Origin: Flavobacteriales bacterium
Lineage (GTDB): Bacteria; Bacteroidota; Bacteroidia; JACJYZ01
Direction: 5' to 3'
Assembly: GCA_020435415.1 (NCBI GenBank)
Contig: JAGQZQ010000001.1
Span: 26,228-90,227 of the forward strand
Length of the DNA: 64,000 bases
Shown here piece after piece: positions 1-11,084 of this stretch. A program made the position numbers and the translations under genes. The notes below the pieces were generated by a model. The model saw only the letters and a program-made list of their open reading frames with translations. It was not told the origin of the DNA and searched no databases. The number at the start of each line of letters is the position of its first letter. Position 1 is the stretch's first letter.

Positions 1-284
1 AGTTGATAGTCGAGCTTTTTTTCCAGCTCCGCTATATACTTGTCCGCTGCCTTCGCTGCATATATCGCGAGGTTCTTCCCCCCTTTATAAAAGTAAATGT
101 CAAACTCCTGAAACCGGTAGAAGGTCCACAACATCTCTATGTGTTGTACCCTGTTCTGCCCGAAGGTCATCTGCGAACCATTGTAATACTGTGCCTGCGC
201 TCGTGGTGCAGATGCCACGACCAAAAGTATCGCCGGGATCAGCAGACGAAGAAACGTAATACGGGATGTTTTCGGTTGTTTCAA
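1..284 (-). CDS. Partial secreted hypothetical protein; the 5' end of the gene is in the window and the 3' end lies beyond coordinate 1
   Basis: Minus-strand frame with no stops from 284 down to 1. The upstream in-frame stop is at 351-353. The start is probably TTG at 282-284. N-terminus (M)KQPKTSRITFLRLLIPAILLVVASAPRAQA looks like a signal peptide. The plus-strand ORF 3..290 looks non-coding. Confidence 0.4.
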   Translation of the reverse strand, partial: MKQPKTSRITFLRLLIPAILLVVASAPRAQAQYYNGSQMTFGQNRVQHIEMLWTFYRFQEFDIYFYKGGKNLAIYAAKAADKYIAELEKKLDYQ

Positions 285-386
285 TCTTGAGACTTCTTGG
301 AATGTACAGTAAAAGTAACTATACTGTACAATAAAAGTAACTATTTTACATCAATCTTTGTACTTTCGTTATGTAAACCCCCGAGG

Positions 387-1037
387 ATGGCAACTGCACA
401 TTCATTTACATTCAATCCCTTTCAAGAGAACACATACATCGTTTATGATGAAACCGGGGAATGCCTCATCATCGACCCGGGTTGTTGCGATGCGAACGAA
501 CAGAATGCCATCACTTCCTTTATCCGGGATAACGGCTTAAAACCGGTAAGGTTACTGAATACGCATGCCCATGTTGATCACATCATGGGCAATGCTTTCA
601 TCGCAAGGAAATATGGCATTCCTTTAGCCGTTAACGAACTCGATCTTGCCTTATTGCGCAATGCCAGTTCACATGCCATGGCGTTCGGTGTGACCATGGA
701 ACCATCCCCCGAGCCGGACTCCTTCCTGGATGAAGGCATGGTGATTGAATTCGGAGACACAAAGCTGGATGTGGTGCACACACCGGGACATAGCCCGGGA
801 AGTGTTTGTCTCATCAATCATAATGACAAATGGGTGATCGGGGGTGACGTATTATTTTACAGTAGCATTGGACGTACGGATTTGCCGGGAGGAGATTTTA
901 CAACGTTAATCCATTCGATCCGGTCAAAATTGTTTATCCTGGATGATGACTTCACGGTTTATGCCGGCCACGGACCTTCCACGACCATAGGTCAGGAACG
1001 CAAGCATAATCCATTCCTGCAGGAACGGGTCGTTTAA
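387..1037 (+). CDS. MBL-fold metallo-hydrolase (glyoxalase II-like)
   Basis: HAHVDH motif and HTPGHSPGS, typical of metallo-beta-lactamase-fold hydrolases. Start chosen at the internal ATG (MATAHSF...). Confidence 0.75.
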   Translation: MATAHSFTFNPFQENTYIVYDETGECLIIDPGCCDANEQNAITSFIRDNGLKPVRLLNTHAHVDHIMGNAFIARKYGIPLAVNELDLALLRNASSHAMAFGVTMEPSPEPDSFLDEGMVIEFGDTKLDVVHTPGHSPGSVCLINHNDKWVIGGDVLFYSSIGRTDLPGGDFTTLIHSIRSKLFILDDDFTVYAGHGPSTTIGQERKHNPFLQERVV

Positions 1038-1039
1038 CC

Positions 1040-2353
1040 TTAGCGTTTAAAAAGAATATCCCTCAGTATTTTCGAAAAGAGATAAACATCCGTGTAACTG
1101 TTATACAGGGGCACCGGAGCCAACCGGATCACTTCCGGCTCACGCCAGTCACATATCACACCGAGATCATAAAGCTGATCAAACACCTCTTTACCCCTAT
1201 CAATAACAACCGACAATTGCGCACCCCGCATGGCAGGGTCTTCCGGCGTCAGAATCTTCACCTCCACGCCGGTTGAGGCCTCCACCTCCTTCAAACAATA
1301 CCACAGATAGGCTGTTAATTTGTCGCGTTTTAGGAATAAGTTTTCCGGACCTGCATCCACCATTTGTTCGAGTGCCGCCTGCTGCGGCGCCATGGCAACG
1401 GCAGGCAAACAGCTCATCATCCAACCCGCAGCTCCGGGTGTCGGGGTGAATTCCTTCTTCATTTTAAAACGTTCCGCTGGATCACATCCCCACCATCCTT
1501 CCAATCTAGGCAAACCGGGTTTGGAGGCGTATCTTTCGTTGACAAAAAAACCGGCGATGGCACCCGGCCCCGCATTCAGATATTTGTAATGACACCACAC
1601 TGCAAAGTCCACATCCCAGTCGTGCAGATTCAGCTCGATATTTCCAATGGCGTGTGCAAGATCAAAGCCTGCCTTCGCACCTACCCCATGCGCAGCCCTG
1701 GTAATTGCTTCCATGTCGTAGCGCTGTCCGGTATAGTAATTCACGCCCCCCATCATGACCAGTGCCAGCTCATCACCTGTAGCATTGATGGCCTCAATGA
1801 TCGCCTGGGGTTGTAACGTGGCCTCGCCTTCTGCGGGAAACAACTCTATAAGACAGGATCCGACATCAAGGCCGTGAAGTTTGAGTTGGGAAGACAAGGC
1901 ATAATAGTCAGACGAAAATGCTCCCGCCTCCATGATGATCTTATTGCGCTTACCGTTTGGTGTAAAGAAGGAAGTAAGCATTGCATGCAGATTGCCGGTC
2001 AGACTGCCCATCACGCACACCTCTGATTCCCGGGCACCCGTATAAAGAGCCAGCCCTTTGGCAAATCTTTTATGAAGATCAAACCATGGCGCATCCCCTC
2101 TGGTATATCCTTCCACACCCATCTCCGCCCATCGCTGCATTTCATCATTGACTGCCTGTGATGCGGACCGCGGTTGTAAGCCCAGGGAGTTTCCCACAAA
2201 ATACAAGGCTTCTTTTCCCCGAACCTTCGGAAAGAGCATTTGCTCGCGGAAACGTGAAAGCGGATCGGCATTGTCCTGTGCAGCAGCAAAGTCTGCACTA
2301 AACTCAAAGTTGGTTGAAGTGATGACAGGTTCTTTGTTTACAGACGTACTCAT
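1040..2353 (-). CDS. kynU: Kynureninase (PLP-dependent)
   Basis: Full-length similarity pattern to kynureninases in the PLP aminotransferase-class V fold. Start at MSTSVNKEP. Confidence 0.75.
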   Translation of the reverse strand: MSTSVNKEPVITSTNFEFSADFAAAQDNADPLSRFREQMLFPKVRGKEALYFVGNSLGLQPRSASQAVNDEMQRWAEMGVEGYTRGDAPWFDLHKRFAKGLALYTGARESEVCVMGSLTGNLHAMLTSFFTPNGKRNKIIMEAGAFSSDYYALSSQLKLHGLDVGSCLIELFPAEGEATLQPQAIIEAINATGDELALVMMGGVNYYTGQRYDMEAITRAAHGVGAKAGFDLAHAIGNIELNLHDWDVDFAVWCHYKYLNAGPGAIAGFFVNERYASKPGLPRLEGWWGCDPAERFKMKKEFTPTPGAAGWMMSCLPAVAMAPQQAALEQMVDAGPENLFLKRDKLTAYLWYCLKEVEASTGVEVKILTPEDPAMRGAQLSVVIDRGKEVFDQLYDLGVICDWREPEVIRLAPVPLYNSYTDVYLFSKILRDILFKR

Positions 2354-2406
2354 AACTGGGTTTAATTTGTGTGAAAGATATAAATTCGTGCCCAAAACCA
2401 GCCGAG

Positions 2407-3699
2407 ATGAATACCGAACGTTCCGAGAAGTTATATGTAAAAGCACAAAGCCTTTTTCCGGGAGGCGTTAATTCTCCCGTCAGGGCATTCGGTGCCGTCA
2501 GCGGAGATCCGATATTTATTGCAAAGGGAAAGGGAGCCAGGTTATGGGATGTGGATGGAAATGAATACATCGACTTTTGTTGCTCCTGGGGTCCGCTTAT
2601 TCATGGCCATGTGCATCCGGAAGTGATGCGAAAGGTTGAAGAGGTCATGCACCTGGGTACATCGTTTGGGGCACCTACCGAACTGGAGAATCAACTGGCT
2701 TCTCTGATCATAGACAACAACCGGATGGTGGATACGCTCCGGTTTGTAAGCTCCGGGACGGAAGCCACCATGTCTGCCATCAGGCTTTCACGGGGTTATA
2801 CCGGACGCAACAAGATTCTGAAGTTCGAAGGTTGCTATCATGGTCATTCCGATGGCCTGCTGGTGAAGGCTGGCAGTGGACTGGCCACACTGGGCACCGC
2901 ATCGTCTGCCGGGGTTCCCGCCGGTTATGCGCGGGAAACCATCGTCATTCCTTTGGCCGATGAGGGCGCGCTTCAGGAAGCCTTTAAACAGCATGGTCAG
3001 GATCTGGCATGTGTGATCACAGAGCCTTTGCCTGCCAACAATGGTTTACTCAGACAGGACCCGGCATACCTTCGTTTGCTGCGTGAACTATGTACCAAGG
3101 CAGGCACGGTACTGATCTTTGATGAGGTGATCACAGGATTTCGTTTAGGTTTTGAAGGTGCGGCCGGATATTATGATATCATACCCGACCTGGTAACCTA
3201 TGGGAAGGTGATCGGTGGCGGGTTTCCCGTTGGCGCTTACGGCGGCAAACAAGAGATCATGGAACAGATCGCACCAAGCGGACCGGTATATCAGGCAGGC
3301 ACACTTTCGGGCAATCCGGTGGCCATGGCAGGTGGACTGGCCCAACTGAGCTTGTGTCTGCAGTCTGGCTTTTATGACCACCTGGCTGCCCGTACCCGTG
3401 AATTTTGTGAACGTATAACCGAAAGCGCCCGTCAAAGTGGCTTTCCTTTTTCCGTTGTTTCCGAAGGATCTATTTTCTTTTTAAGTCTGAATGAAATGGA
3501 ACCACCCAAAGCAGCCCATGAAATAGATCCGGCTGCTATCAAACTATTTTCAGAATGGCACAGGCTATTGCTGGAGGAAGGCGTCTATGTCGGACCGTCC
3601 GGCTATGAAGTTTGTTTCCTGAGTTCGGCCCACACAGATGAAGATCTGGACCAGGCCGCACAGGGCATTCAACGTTCCCTTGAAAGATTATTTTCCTGA
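2407..3699 (+). CDS. hemL: Glutamate-1-semialdehyde 2,1-aminomutase
   Basis: N-terminal LFPGGVNSPVRAF motif and a class-III aminotransferase body, about 430 aa. Confidence 0.9.
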   Translation: MNTERSEKLYVKAQSLFPGGVNSPVRAFGAVSGDPIFIAKGKGARLWDVDGNEYIDFCCSWGPLIHGHVHPEVMRKVEEVMHLGTSFGAPTELENQLASLIIDNNRMVDTLRFVSSGTEATMSAIRLSRGYTGRNKILKFEGCYHGHSDGLLVKAGSGLATLGTASSAGVPAGYARETIVIPLADEGALQEAFKQHGQDLACVITEPLPANNGLLRQDPAYLRLLRELCTKAGTVLIFDEVITGFRLGFEGAAGYYDIIPDLVTYGKVIGGGFPVGAYGGKQEIMEQIAPSGPVYQAGTLSGNPVAMAGGLAQLSLCLQSGFYDHLAARTREFCERITESARQSGFPFSVVSEGSIFFLSLNEMEPPKAAHEIDPAAIKLFSEWHRLLLEEGVYVGPSGYEVCFLSSAHTDEDLDQAAQGIQRSLERLFS

Positions 3700-3705
3700 T
3701 CAGGA

Positions 3706-4554
3706 TTACCCCAGGAATTCAAACAACCATAACCAAAGCGGCTGAGCGACCAGCATGCCATCCAGAACTGACAAATGAAAAAAGTCGCTTTCCACCCTGG
3801 CGCTGCGCACAATGAAGAACGCGGTCATCAGGTTACTTCCGGAATACGCCAGTAACTGCGCCTGACTATAAAATCCCTGAAAAAAAGTGTGGCCGGCTAC
3901 CAAACCGGTGTGAAGCAAGAGGCTGAACAACGAAATGCGGATAGCTGCTACTTTGCCCACGGTATGCACCCAGGTCTTCAATCCTTCAGCGCTATCATCC
4001 TTGGCATCGCGAACATCAAAAGGAAGTGTCAGGGCAAAGATGAAGAGGCTCCGTTCAGCAAACATGATGTACATATTTTCCCGGGTCATCACGGTCCAAC
4101 CCGAAACAACTGGTAAAGCCACCGTTACAAGCGCCCACACTACAGCGATCAGAGGAAGCTTCAGATAAGGCAGTGCGCGCAATCCACCCCATTTGCCTAT
4201 TGGTAACCTGTACAACAGAACAGGAATGCAGGTAATAAGGCAAATGGTCCACGAGATGTGATCCAGAAAACGGATCAGAAACAACATGGGCACAATGGCA
4301 ATACCCAATGCTGCCAGAAGTATTTTCCGCCTTCTTCTGCTCCACTGCAATCGAACCGGAAGATCTTTTTTGGCTGAAGTTGTGATGGTAAGCACACGGT
4401 GCATGGAATAGGACCACCATGTAGCGATCAGGACCAGGGCAAAAGCCGGCCACAAATAAGCATCATATTGCTGACCGTGCATGAGGGTAAGCATGCATTG
4501 CATGGCCGCTCCTATGGCGATCCATCCGTTTGCATACACCAGGTTCTTGAACAC
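3706..4554 (-). CDS. Polytopic integral membrane protein, function unknown (possibly a prenyltransferase-like protein)
   Basis: 282-aa ORF with about 8 hydrophobic segments and an Asp-rich FDVRDAKDD segment. No confident family assignment. Confidence 0.55.
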   Translation of the reverse strand: MFKNLVYANGWIAIGAAMQCMLTLMHGQQYDAYLWPAFALVLIATWWSYSMHRVLTITTSAKKDLPVRLQWSRRRRKILLAALGIAIVPMLFLIRFLDHISWTICLITCIPVLLYRLPIGKWGGLRALPYLKLPLIAVVWALVTVALPVVSGWTVMTRENMYIMFAERSLFIFALTLPFDVRDAKDDSAEGLKTWVHTVGKVAAIRISLFSLLLHTGLVAGHTFFQGFYSQAQLLAYSGSNLMTAFFIVRSARVESDFFHLSVLDGMLVAQPLWLWLFEFLG

Positions 4555-4563
4555 GGGAAGCGA

Positions 4564-5181
4564 TTATTTATGAAAGGCCTGTTGATAAACAACAAGTCCG
4601 GTAAGAAAGCCCAGAAAGCTGGATGCCGCGCTGTGGCGTGTACGTTTGTTGCGCGCTTTGCCTGTATATCCTTCCCGGTAATAGAAGTCATCCTTCATCT
4701 TTTCATCCATTCCTGTCTCCTTCCTGGGTGATATATTTCCGATAAGAGACACATAAACCACCTGAGGAACGAGTCCATACAATGGGCCTAAAATAGCCGA
4801 TCCTCCCCCTACCAAGAAGGCTGGCGCTTTAAGCCACCCGGTATGGTAGTTTTGCCGGGCGTCGTAAATTCCCCTGATATACTTTGCCATTTCCTGTCTT
4901 GAATAATCGTCGCCTTCAAGGGTATCCACATCATAAACCCAAAGCTCATTATCCCCTTTAACGATGAGGAACACCCGGTACCTTGACATACTTTTCTCCT
5001 TTTCTTTACCCGGTACCTGGTAGATCACCTTTGAGGCAAGGGTATCAGCAGAGGTTACATGGAGCGTATCACCATTCATGAGCACAAGACGTACATCCGG
5101 TTGCTGGGCATACAACAAACCGCACATCATACACATGAAAGTGATCAGGATAAATGCTTTCCCGGAAACAGAGTAGGTCAT
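4564..5181 (-). CDS. Secreted hypothetical protein
   Basis: Signal peptide MTYSVSGKAFILITFMCMMCGLLYAQQ. Start set at the internal ATG so the gene does not overlap the gcvP promoter region. Co-oriented with the downstream membrane protein across a 9-nt gap. Confidence 0.5.
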   Translation of the reverse strand: MTYSVSGKAFILITFMCMMCGLLYAQQPDVRLVLMNGDTLHVTSADTLASKVIYQVPGKEKEKSMSRYRVFLIVKGDNELWVYDVDTLEGDDYSRQEMAKYIRGIYDARQNYHTGWLKAPAFLVGGGSAILGPLYGLVPQVVYVSLIGNISPRKETGMDEKMKDDFYYREGYTGKARNKRTRHSAASSFLGFLTGLVVYQQAFHK

Positions 5182-5321
5182 GAAGCGCCAAAGGTATAAA
5201 AACCGGGGGACGGGATGGAAAAAAAATACGCGTGGGTAGCTGTTTTTTCTTGCCAACATCACTACATTTGCACGTCCAAAATTAGCCCATAACAAGTAAC
5301 CTGAAGGTAACCCGGTATCAT

Positions 5322-8189
5322 ATGAAAGAAACCACATTTGTTCGCAGACACATAGGCCATGATGAAGAAACGGTAAAACGAGCGCTTGAAACGGTCGGAT
5401 GCGATACCCTTGATCAATTGATTGGTGAGACCATTCCTGCCAGTATCCGTCTTAAGAAGGATTTGCCTTTGGATGAAGGTCTTCTCGAGTCACAGTATCT
5501 CGATCATATCAGTCGCCTTGCAGACAAAAACCAGGTATACAAATCATACCTGGGTCAGGGTTATTATGACTGCATCACCCCATCACCGATCCTCAGAAAC
5601 CTTTTTGAGAACCCCGGATGGTATACCGCTTATACACCTTACCAGGCAGAAATATCACAAGGTCGCCTTGAATCTTTGTTGAACTTCCAGACCATGGTCT
5701 GTGACCTTACCGCCATGCCTTTGGCAAATGCCAGTCTGCTTGATGAAGCCACGGCAGCAGCGGAAGCCATGATCATGTTTTATAATGCCCGCACCAAAGA
5801 AGAAGTAACCCAGGGAAAAAATACGTTTGCGGTAGCGGAGAATTGTTTTCCTCAAACGCTCGACCTCCTGAAAACAAGAGCCATTCCGTTGGGCATTGAA
5901 CTTGTTGTGAAGCCCAGCAATGAGCTTGCCGGTGTAAACAACGCATTCGGCATGCTTCTTCAATACCCGGACGGATTGGGACTCGTTGAAGATTATAAAG
6001 GTCTTGTTGATGAGGCCCACAAGAAACAAATCAGGGTAGCTGTTGCATCAGATCTGATGAGCCTTGCCTTATTGGTCCCTCCCGGCGAATGGGGTGCGGA
6101 TGCGGTATTCGGGTCCAGTCAGCGATTTGGTGTACCCATGGGTTATGGTGGACCACATGCTGCATTCTTTGCCGTGACCGAAGATTTCAAAAGATTCATT
6201 CCCGGTCGTATCATTGGCGTATCTGTGGATAAACTTGGGAAGAAGGCGCTCCGCATGGCGCTTCAGACCAGAGAGCAGCACATCAAGCGTGAACGTGCCA
6301 CGTCAAATATCTGCACATCCCAGGTTCTCCTCGCCAACATGGCTGGTATGTATGCTGTGTATCATGGTCCTGAAGGCATTCGCTTTATTGCCGACCGCAT
6401 TCATCGTCGTGCAACCATGGTGAGCAACGCACTGAGCGCATTGGGTTATGAATTGAGGAATTCCGCATTCTTCGATACATTGTTCATCAATGGAGAGGGT
6501 GATAAAATCCGTGAACTTGCCGAAGCGAAGCGTATTAACTTAAGGTATACGAATGATGGCATTGGCATTTCGGTGGATGAAACAACCACTGAAGAAGATG
6601 TCAGACAACTGATCGCCGTTTTTGCAGAAGCATCAGGTAAACCGGCGCCTGCGGATTTATCCGGGGAAGGTATTCTGCCGGGATCCTTGAAGCGGACCTC
6701 TGCCTTCCTTACCCACGACGTGTTTAACAGCCACCGTTCGGAAACAGAATTGATGCGCTACATCAAGAAGCTGGAGAACAAGGACCTGTCCCTCACCCAC
6801 TCTATGATCCCACTCGGTTCATGCACGATGAAACTGAACGCAGCCACGCAATTGATGCCTGTGAGCTTCCGGAAATTCAACGGGCTACATCCTTTTGTTC
6901 CGGTTGAACAAGCGCAGGGCTATGCCGAGATTTTCAGAGATTTTGAAAAGGCACTGTGCGTTATCACAGGATTTGACAGTGTTTCGTTACAACCCAATTC
7001 CGGAGCTCAGGGAGAATATGCCGGACTGATGGTGATACGCGCCTACCATGAAAGCCGGGGTGATCATCACCGGAATGTGGCTTTGATCCCATCTTCCGCA
7101 CACGGCACCAACCCTGCCAGTGCCGTGATGGCCGGCATGAGTGTGGTGATTGTCAAATGCGACGAGAAGGGGAACATCGATCTGGAAGATCTGAAAGCAA
7201 AGATCGAGAAACACAAGAATGAACTTTCCTGCTTCATGGTGACCTACCCATCCACCCATGGGGTATTCGAGGAATCCATTATGGATGTGACCAAAATGAT
7301 CCACGAAGCAGGTGGGCAGGTATACATGGATGGTGCCAACATGAACGCTCAGGTAGGACTGACCAATCCTGCGACCATCGGAGCCGATGTATGTCACCTT
7401 AATTTACATAAAACCTTTGCCATTCCCCATGGAGGCGGTGGTCCCGGCATGGGCCCGATTGGTGTAGCAGCGCACCTGTCACCGTTTCTTCCAGGTCACC
7501 CCGTGATCAAAACCGGAGGAGATCATGGTATCACAGCCATATCGGCAGCTCCCTGGGGCAGTGCAAGTATTCATCTTATCTCCTACGCTTACATTAAACT
7601 ACTTGGCGCAAAAGGACTCAGGGCTTCCACCGAAGCTGCCATTCTGAATGCCAACTATCTGAAAGAACGCCTTGAAAAGTACTATCCGGTTTTGTACAAA
7701 GGCACCAAGAACAGGGTTGCTCATGAAATGATCCTGGACTGCAGACCATTCAAACGTAATGCCCAGATAGAGGTGGAAGATATCGCAAAACGACTGATCG
7801 ATTATGGATTTCATGCACCTACGGTATCATTCCCGGTGGCGGGTACCTTAATGATCGAACCAACCGAGAGTGAGTCCCTGGATGAACTGGACCGTTTTTG
7901 TGAGGCCATGATTTCCATCAGACAGGAAATAAAGGATATTGAAGAAGGCAAGGCAGATGCTGTGGACAATGTCTTAAAGAATGCGCCACATACAGTTATG
8001 GAAGTCAGTGGTGATAAATGGGATCACGCGTATAGCCGGTCCCAGGCTGCGTTCCCGTTACCGTGGTTGACCGAGGCCAAATACTGGCCAACTGTCAAGC
8101 GTGTAGACAACGCACAGGGTGATCGACAACTGATATGCACATGCCCTCCGATGGAGGCTTATGAGGAAAACTTACTCGAACAAGTTTAA
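5322..8189 (+). CDS. gcvP: Glycine dehydrogenase (decarboxylating), glycine cleavage system P protein
   Basis: 955-aa single-chain P-protein. The N- and C-terminal PLP-binding halves are conserved throughout. Confidence 0.95.
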   Translation: MKETTFVRRHIGHDEETVKRALETVGCDTLDQLIGETIPASIRLKKDLPLDEGLLESQYLDHISRLADKNQVYKSYLGQGYYDCITPSPILRNLFENPGWYTAYTPYQAEISQGRLESLLNFQTMVCDLTAMPLANASLLDEATAAAEAMIMFYNARTKEEVTQGKNTFAVAENCFPQTLDLLKTRAIPLGIELVVKPSNELAGVNNAFGMLLQYPDGLGLVEDYKGLVDEAHKKQIRVAVASDLMSLALLVPPGEWGADAVFGSSQRFGVPMGYGGPHAAFFAVTEDFKRFIPGRIIGVSVDKLGKKALRMALQTREQHIKRERATSNICTSQVLLANMAGMYAVYHGPEGIRFIADRIHRRATMVSNALSALGYELRNSAFFDTLFINGEGDKIRELAEAKRINLRYTNDGIGISVDETTTEEDVRQLIAVFAEASGKPAPADLSGEGILPGSLKRTSAFLTHDVFNSHRSETELMRYIKKLENKDLSLTHSMIPLGSCTMKLNAATQLMPVSFRKFNGLHPFVPVEQAQGYAEIFRDFEKALCVITGFDSVSLQPNSGAQGEYAGLMVIRAYHESRGDHHRNVALIPSSAHGTNPASAVMAGMSVVIVKCDEKGNIDLEDLKAKIEKHKNELSCFMVTYPSTHGVFEESIMDVTKMIHEAGGQVYMDGANMNAQVGLTNPATIGADVCHLNLHKTFAIPHGGGGPGMGPIGVAAHLSPFLPGHPVIKTGGDHGITAISAAPWGSASIHLISYAYIKLLGAKGLRASTEAAILNANYLKERLEKYYPVLYKGTKNRVAHEMILDCRPFKRNAQIEVEDIAKRLIDYGFHAPTVSFPVAGTLMIEPTESESLDELDRFCEAMISIRQEIKDIEEGKADAVDNVLKNAPHTVMEVSGDKWDHAYSRSQAAFPLPWLTEAKYWPTVKRVDNAQGDRQLICTCPPMEAYEENLLEQV

Positions 8190-8309
8190 GCGTCAAAAGT
8201 ATTTCTAAACGCTTGTATAATTATTTGCGAGTTTTTTTACCTTTGGAGCATTCGATTGTATCCAATTGTTTCTGAATTATTCTTTTAACCCTAACCTAAA
8301 TAATTGATT

Positions 8310-10223
8310 ATGAAGAAGATCTACACTGTTGCAGGTGCTGCATTCTTCCTGGCTAATATTGCGTTTGCTCAGCGTACCAATATTGCTCCAGCAGAAGTGA
8401 GGCCCGGTGCACAAAATGAAGTCTCCACAAACGTGGCACATTCCCTGAATGCAGGTATTGATGCATTGGGTGATACCATATGGTCTGAGGATTTTTCAGG
8501 TGGCATTCCGGCCGGCTGGGAAATCATTGACCACACTACACCGGCCACTGGAAATGTATGGGAATATGCAAGCACAGATACTATTTCCTGTATCCTCACA
8601 AGCGCCATATTCAAAGCTACTTCCGCCAAAAATGGGTATGCATTGATGTTTGGTGACCGGTACAATGCTGACGCTGGTTGCCTTAACAATCTCGGTGTCA
8701 CCTTGATGAACACTTCTCTTCAGACCCCGGCTATGGATTATACAGGTTATACATCTGTATTTCTTAAATTTCAGCATGCGTTCCGGTATTGTTGTGATCC
8801 AGCTAGCAAGTTGAGTATTTATGTGTCGAATGACAGCACCTCCTGGAAAGAATATAACGTCAAGGGTACTTACCCGGTTAGTACAGGAGTTAAGGTCAAT
8901 GACAATTCGCCTAACCCAATGATGGCATCGGTTAATATTTCGGATATTGCAAGCGGTCAGTCAAAGGTTTGGATCCGCTGGCGGATAGATGGCCCTAGTC
9001 ACTACTACTGGGCGGTTGATGATGTTGCAGTTGTTGAAGGCTACACTGAAGAAAATGCACTTGTAAGGCCGTTTGTTGACTTCAATTATATGGATGGTGG
9101 TTTTTACTCCATGTTGCCAAGGAGTCAGGGAGCCACTACACCGATCGATTTTCGTGGCGCAATATACAACAATGGTACTTCCGCTCTCGCTAACGTTGTA
9201 CTTAACGTAAAGGTGAAGGATCCTTCCGGTGCTACAGTCTATGATGAGTCTTCCACCGCTATGTCAACGGTTCCCCTTGATCTTGACACTGTTTCAACCA
9301 GTACGTCATTCTATCCGGGTTCAACATGTAATGAAATCGGTCAATACTCGATTGATTACACGGTAAACCAAACCGAAACGGATCAGTACATGGCAAACAA
9401 TACCGCATCCTTTAATTTTGCGCTTTCCGACACTGTTTTTGCACGTGATTATGGTGTTGCCAACAAGGCCATTGGCCTGACAACATGGGCCTCTTGTTCG
9501 CAGAATGCGGATGGTGAGGAAATCAGCACATTATATGAATTCAGCAGTGATGCAGTAGCCACTTCTATTTCCTTTTATAATATGGCAAGCACTACTCCCG
9601 GCGTAGCAGTGATTCTTAATCTTTACCGCTTTCAGGTAGATGGAAACGGCGCAATTGTTCAAACCAGTCCTATTGCAGCATCTGAAATTTATGACATTGT
9701 TGCCGGTGACGCTAACTCCTGGATTACTTTACCATTTACCACCCCGGTGACTGTAGAAAAGGATAGTGCATTCATGGCATCCATATCCATCTATAATATT
9801 GCCGGTAAAAGCTTCTGGGTTGGTGGTGATCTCGCAACCATTCAGCCTGATGCCACCTCATTCGCATACTGCTCAGGCGGTTGGGGTTGGGTAAGTGATC
9901 AACCGATGATCCGACTGAATGTAAATGATGGAAGTGGTAACTACTGTGTAGGTGTAAATGAGGTCGAAAACCCTCATAAAGTGAAGGTATTTCCCAATCC
10001 GAACAATGGTTACTTCAATATCATTGCTGAGAACCTGAGAGGCAGGAATAGCACAATTCAAGTAACCAATGTAATTGGTCAGGTTGTCTATTCTAAGGAC
10101 GTATGCGTTTCTACTTCTTACCTGAGTGAAACGATAGATCTATCTTCAATTGAGAAAGGTTTATATTTTGTGAAGTTGATCAACAACAACTCCGAAAGCG
10201 TATACAAGGTGGTCGTGGAGTAA
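8310..10223 (+). CDS. Secreted protein with a T9SS C-terminal sorting domain (Por_Secre_tail)
   Basis: Signal peptide MKKIYTVAGAAFFLANIAFAQ. C-terminal roughly 80 aa KVFPNPNNGYF...LYFVKL...VYKVVVE is typical of a T9SS CTD. A TAnnTTTG -7 motif (TACCTTTG, 8238-8245) lies upstream. Confidence 0.8.
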   Translation: MKKIYTVAGAAFFLANIAFAQRTNIAPAEVRPGAQNEVSTNVAHSLNAGIDALGDTIWSEDFSGGIPAGWEIIDHTTPATGNVWEYASTDTISCILTSAIFKATSAKNGYALMFGDRYNADAGCLNNLGVTLMNTSLQTPAMDYTGYTSVFLKFQHAFRYCCDPASKLSIYVSNDSTSWKEYNVKGTYPVSTGVKVNDNSPNPMMASVNISDIASGQSKVWIRWRIDGPSHYYWAVDDVAVVEGYTEENALVRPFVDFNYMDGGFYSMLPRSQGATTPIDFRGAIYNNGTSALANVVLNVKVKDPSGATVYDESSTAMSTVPLDLDTVSTSTSFYPGSTCNEIGQYSIDYTVNQTETDQYMANNTASFNFALSDTVFARDYGVANKAIGLTTWASCSQNADGEEISTLYEFSSDAVATSISFYNMASTTPGVAVILNLYRFQVDGNGAIVQTSPIAASEIYDIVAGDANSWITLPFTTPVTVEKDSAFMASISIYNIAGKSFWVGGDLATIQPDATSFAYCSGGWGWVSDQPMIRLNVNDGSGNYCVGVNEVENPHKVKVFPNPNNGYFNIIAENLRGRNSTIQVTNVIGQVVYSKDVCVSTSYLSETIDLSSIEKGLYFVKLINNNSESVYKVVVE

Positions 10224-10249
10224 CCGCTTTAACTTACCCATTATAATAA

Positions 10250-10280
10250 AAGAGCCCGGGAAATTCCCGGGCTCTTTTAT
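10250..10280. terminator. Bidirectional rho-independent terminator between convergent genes
   Basis: aaaagAGCCCGGGaaattCCCGGGCTcttttatt: a GC stem flanked by an A-run and a T-run. Confidence 0.7.
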
Positions 10281-10337
10281 TATAATGATTATATGTGCCC
10301 ATACCTGCCCGCTCGAAGGTCAACAACCTCTTCCCAC

Positions 10338-11084
10338 TTACTCCTTTAGCTTCCGCATGAATTTGGAGGCATACACAAAGGCATTGATCTCCGGGTTATC
10401 GGTCTGTAGTATCTCCTCCTGATTGCCCTCCCACCATTTATGCCCCTGGTGAATAAATACGATCTTCTCCCCGATCTCCATAACCGAATTCATATCATGG
10501 GTATTGACAATGGTCGTGATGTTGTATTCATCCGTGATCTCCTGGATCAGGTTATCAATCACGATAGAGGTCTGCGGGTCCAATCCTGAATTCGGCTCAT
10601 CACAGAACAGGTATTTGGGGTTCATAGCAATCGCCCTGGCAATGGCCACGCGTTTTTGCATTCCTCCGCTGATCTCTGAGGGGTAGAGTTTATTCGCATT
10701 TTCCAGGTGAACCCGCTTTAAGCAGAAATTCACGCGATCCCTCATTTCCTCCGCACTCATATCCGAAAACATCATCAGGGGAAATTTCACGTTCTCTTCT
10801 ACCGTCTGGCTATCAAAAAGCGCTCCTCCCTGAAACAGCATACCTATCTCCCTGCGAAGAAGCTTTCGCTCATGGTTTTTCATCACGGTGAAATTGCGGT
10901 CGTTGTAAAATATTTCTCCTTCATCCACCTCAAACAAACCTACCACACATTTCATCATCACGGTCTTTCCTGATCCGCTTGCGCCAATGATCAGATTGGT
11001 TTTTCCGGGTTCAAAGACAACAGAAACATCCTTCAAGACCTTCTTCTCACCAAATGATTTGGAGATGTGCCGGGCTTCAATCAT
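10338..11084 (-). CDS. mlaF: ABC transporter ATP-binding protein, MlaF/Ttg2A-like
   Basis: Walker A GASGSGKT, signature LSGGMQKRVAIARA, Walker B LFCDEP. Overlaps the upstream permease gene by 4 nt. Confidence 0.85.
   Translation of the reverse strand: MIEARHISKSFGEKKVLKDVSVVFEPGKTNLIIGASGSGKTVMMKCVVGLFEVDEGEIFYNDRNFTVMKNHERKLLRREIGMLFQGGALFDSQTVEENVKFPLMMFSDMSAEEMRDRVNFCLKRVHLENANKLYPSEISGGMQKRVAIARAIAMNPKYLFCDEPNSGLDPQTSIVIDNLIQEITDEYNITTIVNTHDMNSVMEIGEKIVFIHQGHKWWEGNQEEILQTDNPEINAFVYASKFMRKLKE

Noticed and set aside
3-290. Plus-strand 95-aa ORF at the window start
   Set aside because: Its composition (Cys/Arg-rich, LRCIYREV...) looks non-proteinaceous. The opposite strand carries a convincing signal-peptide-bearing partial gene.
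5182-5321. A glycine riboswitch upstream of gcvP
   Set aside because: There are no tandem aptamer motifs (GGAGAG...ACCGAAGGGGCAA-like). The region is short and AT-rich.
8188-8214. A weak hairpin right after the gcvP stop, as a possible terminator
   Set aside because: The stem is only 6 bp, with a 15-nt loop. The T-run is 15 nt downstream. Too weak to call with confidence.
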